Source: Euryarchaeota archaeon UBA220 (lineage in GTDB: Archaea > Thermoplasmatota > Poseidoniia > Poseidoniales > Thalassarchaeaceae). Taken from it: 40,734 bases of DNA. Location of the stretch: NCBI GenBank assembly GCA_002501885.1, contig DAON01000015.1, positions 1-40,734 on the forward strand. Reading direction: 5' to 3'. The position numbers and the translations under genes were made by a program. The notes under the pieces are model-generated. The model was not told where the DNA came from and did no database searches. It saw only the letters and a list, made by a program, of their open reading frames with translations. Every line of letters begins with the position of its first letter. Position 1 is the stretch's first letter. Below, in pieces: positions 36,448 through 40,734 of this stretch.

Positions 36448-37638
36448 TCACAGGCTGTCTTTGAGTGCTTCAGCTAAGTACTCATATTCGTCAATGTGGT
36501 TGTAAAGTTGAGCAGATATTCGAATATATTTCGTACCATGATGGCGCCATGGCATCACAGGAACTTGTATCGAGTAATCATCTAGAAGTTGATTGTGAAA
36601 CGGGTCTCCGTCAAGACTCATTGGCCCTACTTCTTCATCGGTAGGGAGTTCCACAGCAGCCATCGAGCAGATCATCGAATCAGGAACAGGAGGAGTAGTT
36701 CCGAGTGCATCACAAATCAAATTTCTACCCTGCAAAGCGAGATTCCGATTCCTATCCATAATTTGCTCCCACCCTCCCTCAACAAGCCCTTCCATGAATT
36801 CCAATGCTTTTGGTATGCTCAGCCAAGGAGAAGGATCCTGAGTTCCAGGCCAGGCGAACTCGAAATCAAACTTCTCCTGAGCAGTTCCCTCAAATGAGAA
36901 TCCATGACTGATGTTCAGCGGTTTTACCGAATTCTTTCGATCTTCGCGAATATGAAGGAACGCAGAACCCTTTGGCGAGCAAATCCATTTGTGGCAGTTT
37001 CCAGTGCAATATGCAGGGGCCAGTCTAGTGATATCGATAGGGACAATTCCCGGTCCGTGAGCGGCATCTAAGAGTACATCCACGCCCCTTGATTGCAATT
37101 TCTCAGTTAAGTCCTCGAATGGCATCCTTGTTCCAGTCGGGCTGGTGATAGTATCTATCAGAGCCAGAACTGTCCTATCCGTGACAGCATCCATAAACAG
37201 GTTGATGATTTCCTCAGGGCCCTCGATTCTGAATGGAATATTGACTACAACAGTCCTAGCCCCTGATTTCCGAGTAACATAGTCGACCGCATTCCAGCAC
37301 GCCTGATATGTATGATCCGAGATAATTATCTCATCGCCTGGTTTGAGTTTTAGACTTCTTAGAACTGTATTTACTCCTTGAGTCGCATTGCTGACGAAAG
37401 CCAAACCATCCTTATCGGCATTCAAAACGCTCGCTAGAACCGCTCTAGAATGATTCCACAAGTCAGTGTATTCTCTCTCAAAGAATCTGACAGGATCTCT
37501 CTCCAATAGATTACGGATTCTAGATTGCTCTTCTAGAACGGGAATTGGAGTGGCACCAAAGGAGCCATGATTCAGGAATACAGTATCTGGGCTCAAAGAC
37601 CAGTGATGAGCAAAATCACTTCGGCGCGGAAGACTCAT
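36448..37638 (-). CDS. Class V PLP-dependent enzyme (isopenicillin-N-epimerase / cysteine-desulfurase-like)
   Basis: VFLNHGSFGATP, DAAHG and NCHKWICSPKG (PLP Lys) motifs. ATG 37638 forms an ATGA overlap with the lipB stop. The longer ORF reaches 37659. Confidence 0.8.
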   Translation of the reverse strand: MSLPRRSDFAHHWSLSPDTVFLNHGSFGATPIPVLEEQSRIRNLLERDPVRFFEREYTDLWNHSRAVLASVLNADKDGLAFVSNATQGVNTVLRSLKLKPGDEIIISDHTYQACWNAVDYVTRKSGARTVVVNIPFRIEGPEEIINLFMDAVTDRTVLALIDTITSPTGTRMPFEDLTEKLQSRGVDVLLDAAHGPGIVPIDITRLAPAYCTGNCHKWICSPKGSAFLHIREDRKNSVKPLNISHGFSFEGTAQEKFDFEFAWPGTQDPSPWLSIPKALEFMEGLVEGGWEQIMDRNRNLALQGRNLICDALGTTPPVPDSMICSMAAVELPTDEEVGPMSLDGDPFHNQLLDDYSIQVPVMPWRHHGTKYIRISAQLYNHIDEYEYLAEALKDSL

Positions 37639-38309
37639 GCTAGCATCCCCGGAGTCCATTCCATAGGTTCCAGGGGAACTCTTCCAAGATTCTTCTCACA
37701 TGTCTCGATAAGTACCTCTTCCATCCTATCTAGCCCCATTTCTCGCCCCTGGGGATCGGTTTCGTACCCTAGTTGTGACAGACTCGTGTGGATGCCAGCT
37801 GTCATCCCACATCCTTCGAGATCTTCTACTCGCGTCCCAGGTGTACATACATTGATTGACATTCCATGACGACTGACCCAATTCAAGAATGAGAGCCCAA
37901 TTGAGCAGATTTTGTACCCATCAACCCATGCTCCTTGCATTGTCGAATCCTTGTAAGCGCTGATACCTAACTCAGCGAGAGCATCGATTGCCCAATCCTC
38001 TAGCCTACCTATGATTGCTCGAATATTCTGCTCGTCAACTCCCCACTTGATGATTGGATAGGCAACTAACTGACCAGGTCCGTGCCAAGTTATGCCACCG
38101 CCTCGGTCAGTATTCACTGTCGGATAGCCTTCAACTACCACTCCGTCACGAATTGCCTTTGGGCCTACAGTCACAACTTCTGGATGCTCAACTAGAATTA
38201 GAGTGTCAGGAATCTTATCCTCGATTCTCAATTGCTGTAGTCGCTTCATTTCTTCAGCCATTACAGTGTGCTCGACCATCCCCGCTCTGAGGATTCTGAT
38301 GTCTCCCAT
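37635..38309 (-). CDS. lipB: Octanoyltransferase (lipoyl(octanoyl) transferase)
   Basis: LILVEHPEVVTVG, RGGGITWHGPGQLVAYPI and the KICSIG active-site Cys region. A GAGGT SD is embedded with the lpd stop. Confidence 0.9.
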   Translation of the reverse strand: MGDIRILRAGMVEHTVMAEEMKRLQQLRIEDKIPDTLILVEHPEVVTVGPKAIRDGVVVEGYPTVNTDRGGGITWHGPGQLVAYPIIKWGVDEQNIRAIIGRLEDWAIDALAELGISAYKDSTMQGAWVDGYKICSIGLSFLNWVSRHGMSINVCTPGTRVEDLEGCGMTAGIHTSLSQLGYETDPQGREMGLDRMEEVLIETCEKNLGRVPLEPMEWTPGMLA

Positions 38310-38318
38310 ATCCTAACC

Positions 38319-39755
38319 TCATGAGATATGAATTGCATGCCCCAGAGTCTTCAGCACTCCCTCGTGGAAAGCCTCTGACATCGTCGGATGTGCATGAACA
38401 GTGTCAGCCACATCTTCCAGAAGAGCACCCATTTCTAGGGCTAGCACAAACTCAGAGTGTAACTCTGCAATGTGAGAGCCAACTGCTTGAACGCCTAGAA
38501 TAACATGATCAGACTCTCTGGCCGTGACCCGAATGAATCCACCAGTCTTTTCGGCCTCTAAACTAAGGGCGCGTCCATTGGCAGCCAAGGGGAATTTACC
38601 AACAATGATTTCCTCACCTCGCCCCTTGGCCTCATCAGGAGTTAGTCCCACTGAGATGATTTCGGGCTCAGTGAAAACTATTGCAGGAATTGCGACCTTG
38701 TCAAACTCGCGTTCATGACCTGCGATAATCTCGGCCACCATCTCGCCTTCGGCACTGGCCTTGTGTGCAAGCATTGGCTCGCCAGCCACATCACCAATTG
38801 CATAGACACCGGGAACCGAAGTACGACACTTTCGATCGACTCTGATGAATCGGCCAGAAGCATCCATTCGTACACCCATATTTTCTAGACCCCATCCCTT
38901 AGTATTAGGACTTCTACCTACGGTAACCAAGACCTTGTCTACCTTGATTGAATGGTCTTCTCCATCTTTCTCGAAAGTCAATTCGACCTTTCTGGCCGCT
39001 CCCTTGCCCTTGATTTCAGCACCTCTCGCCAGAGCATTAGTATGGACTTTCACTTTATGCTTCTTGAGCCATAGTTCTAATGGCCTACGAATTTCTTTAT
39101 CCATTATGGCTAGAATACTGCTCAATCCTTCGACTACAGTAACCTCTGTGCCTAATTTGGAGAGGGCGCATCCCAACTCGAGGCCAATGTAGCCTCCTCC
39201 GACGATAGCCACACTCTTCGGCAGACTTTCCAAATCTAGTGCTCCTGTTGATGAGATGATAAATTCCTCATCACACGGCATGAAAGGCAAATCGATGTGA
39301 CTTGATCCAGTTGCTATGATTATGTTCTCTGCTTCGATATTGATTTCTCCATCAGGAGTCTCGACGGTGCAACTCTTTGGCCCAGTGAATTTAGCCCAGC
39401 CCTTTACTAACTCTGTACCTGCAGCCTTCAGCAGGCCCTCAACACCTTTGTTTAGACGGTCTACAATGCCGTCTTTCCACGAGACTAGGGCGGCCATGTC
39501 AACTTCTGGACTTCCTTCTACAGAGATGCCCATATGACCGCCGTCTTCACTATGCTGCTGCAAAGCCTCGAACCGATCCGCCGCATGAATAATTGCCTTG
39601 CTCGGGATACAACCTCGAATCAGACAGGTGCCTCCGGCCTTATCGCCTTCTACAACTATTGTATCCAACCCTAGTTGCCCCGATCTGATTCCGGCAACAT
39701 ATCCACCAGGTCCAGCGCCTACGACTAGAACTTGGCACTTGCGAGTCTCAGTCAT
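38319..39755 (-). CDS. lpd: Dihydrolipoyl dehydrogenase (E3)
   Basis: The FAD motif GAGPGGYVAG, redox disulfide GGTCLIRGCIPSK and C-terminal HAHPTMSE. Confidence 0.95.
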   Translation of the reverse strand: MTETRKCQVLVVGAGPGGYVAGIRSGQLGLDTIVVEGDKAGGTCLIRGCIPSKAIIHAADRFEALQQHSEDGGHMGISVEGSPEVDMAALVSWKDGIVDRLNKGVEGLLKAAGTELVKGWAKFTGPKSCTVETPDGEINIEAENIIIATGSSHIDLPFMPCDEEFIISSTGALDLESLPKSVAIVGGGYIGLELGCALSKLGTEVTVVEGLSSILAIMDKEIRRPLELWLKKHKVKVHTNALARGAEIKGKGAARKVELTFEKDGEDHSIKVDKVLVTVGRSPNTKGWGLENMGVRMDASGRFIRVDRKCRTSVPGVYAIGDVAGEPMLAHKASAEGEMVAEIIAGHEREFDKVAIPAIVFTEPEIISVGLTPDEAKGRGEEIIVGKFPLAANGRALSLEAEKTGGFIRVTARESDHVILGVQAVGSHIAELHSEFVLALEMGALLEDVADTVHAHPTMSEAFHEGVLKTLGHAIHIS

Positions 39756-39762
39756 ACTAACC

Positions 39763-40734
39763 TCACATGAAAATCAGGGCAGGGTGCTCGAGGAATCTCC
39801 TGAGATGCTGAATCAAGGAAGCTCCATCGGCACCATCCACGACTCGATGGTCGAACGCACTTGACAAATTCATTATCTTTCGAATCACAATCTGTCCTTC
39901 TCTAACGACTGGCATATCGCGAGCCTTGTGGACTCCCAGAATCGAAACTTCTGGATGGTTGATAATCGGGGTAGCGCCCAGACCACCTTCTCGGCCTAGG
40001 CTGGTAATGGTAAATGTCGAACCTGTTAGATCATCAAGACTCGCACTACCTTCTCTAGCCGCTCCAGAAACTCTCTGCATCTCAGCTGCAGTCTGCCAAA
40101 TATCGAGAGACTCAACATGCTTGACTACAGGAACATACAATCCTCTCTCAGTCTGCGTTGCAATTCCCAAGTGAACTCCTCCATGCCTGTTGACTACTCC
40201 TGCTTCGTCATTGAAGTGCGCATTACACTCCGGGTGTTCCGGCATTATCCTAGAAAGGGCTAGCATGATGAATGGGAGATAAGTCAACTTTGGTTGACTT
40301 GAATCACGTGTCGAGTTGAGCATTTGACGCAAGGATTCCAGCTCAGTTACATCAACCTCCTCGAAGTAGGAAAAGTGAGGAATCCTACTTTTTGACAGGG
40401 TCATCTGTTCAGAGATCTTGCGACGCAGTCCCACGACTTTAACATCGGTGACATCTGTACGCTTGGTTGAATATGCAACTGGTGCTGCTCCGGCAACAGA
40501 GCCACCTGCAGCGATGAACGCATCCAGGTCTGCATGTCTGATTCTCCCGGCAGGGCCCGAGCCTCTGACTTGAGAAAGCTCGACACCAGCCTCACGGGCA
40601 CGCCGTCTAACGGCAGGACTAGCAAGTGCTCTGCCAGATGATACAGGTTCGGGGGCCGGCATAGCAACTGGTACAGGGTCGGACTTGGGAGTAGGGCTAG
40701 GTGGTACAATTGGTTCCGGCTCAGGCTCAGGCTC
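39763..40734 (-). CDS. 2-oxoacid dehydrogenase E2 acyltransferase, 5'-truncated (lipoyl domain lies beyond the window)
   Basis: The frame stays open to the window end through an EPEPEPEP/Pro-rich linker. The E3-binding domain is ASPAVRRRAREAGVELSQVRGSGPAGRI, and the catalytic motif is SSAFDHRVVDGADGA. Confidence 0.92.
   Translation of the reverse strand, partial: EPEPEPEPIVPPSPTPKSDPVPVAMPAPEPVSSGRALASPAVRRRAREAGVELSQVRGSGPAGRIRHADLDAFIAAGGSVAGAAPVAYSTKRTDVTDVKVVGLRRKISEQMTLSKSRIPHFSYFEEVDVTELESLRQMLNSTRDSSQPKLTYLPFIMLALSRIMPEHPECNAHFNDEAGVVNRHGGVHLGIATQTERGLYVPVVKHVESLDIWQTAAEMQRVSGAAREGSASLDDLTGSTFTITSLGREGGLGATPIINHPEVSILGVHKARDMPVVREGQIVIRKIMNLSSAFDHRVVDGADGASLIQHLRRFLEHPALIFM

Noticed and set aside
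40715-40734. A short hexanucleotide repeat (GGCTCA)n at the window end, considered as a microsatellite or repeat element
   Set aside because: On the minus strand it encodes the (Glu-Pro)n flexible linker of the E2 acyltransferase. This is ordinary for inter-domain linkers.
1-40734. A by-eye search for tRNA/rRNA genes, CRISPR arrays, C/D-box sRNAs, transposases, integrases and long inverted repeats
   Set aside because: No intergenic space is long enough for a tRNA without overlapping a confident CDS. No spaced direct-repeat array was seen, and no recombinase-like ORF. A covariance-model scan (tRNAscan-SE or Infernal) would be needed to exclude small RNAs embedded in coding regions.

Overview
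This is a gene-dense chromosomal segment, roughly 95% coding. Once one missed small ORF is added, no intergenic gap exceeds about 115 nt. The informational genes are archaeal: aIF2-beta, aRF1 with NIKS and GGQ motifs, class I LysRS, Trm56, a NOG1-type GTPase and an archaeal-type UMP kinase. They sit beside bacterial-looking metabolic operons: 2-oxoacid dehydrogenase E2-E3-lipB, carAB, thiolase, a yqiJK-like NfeD-flotillin pair and two ABC transporters. This mixture, the moderate GC content and heavy use of GAGGTGA-type Shine-Dalgarno sites fit a marine Thermoplasmatota (Poseidoniales/MGII-like) genome. That placement is inference only. I call 45 CDS, two partial at the window edges, plus one in-frame tandem repeat and a few small RNA-level motifs. 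By eye I found no rRNA, tRNA, CRISPR array, transposase or integrase. I did not find an obvious defense or mobile island. The most unusual content is as follows. (1) A Tat-less molybdopterin oxidoreductase is paired with a single polypeptide that fuses the four-cluster FeS subunit to a truncated NrfD-type membrane anchor, packed behind folP and traB. (2) Next to it lies a DUF2061-like gene containing a 2 x 216-bp in-frame tandem duplication, followed by a third diverged paralog. (3) A 38-aa CxxC...CxxC zinc-ribbon ORF is absent from the supplied ORF track and closes a pyrH-linked cluster of uncharacterised membrane and zinc-ribbon proteins. (4) A hypothetical-PCD-[2Fe-2S] ferredoxin-quinone oxidoreductase operon may be a pterin-recycling module. 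All product calls rest on motif recognition, not database searches.
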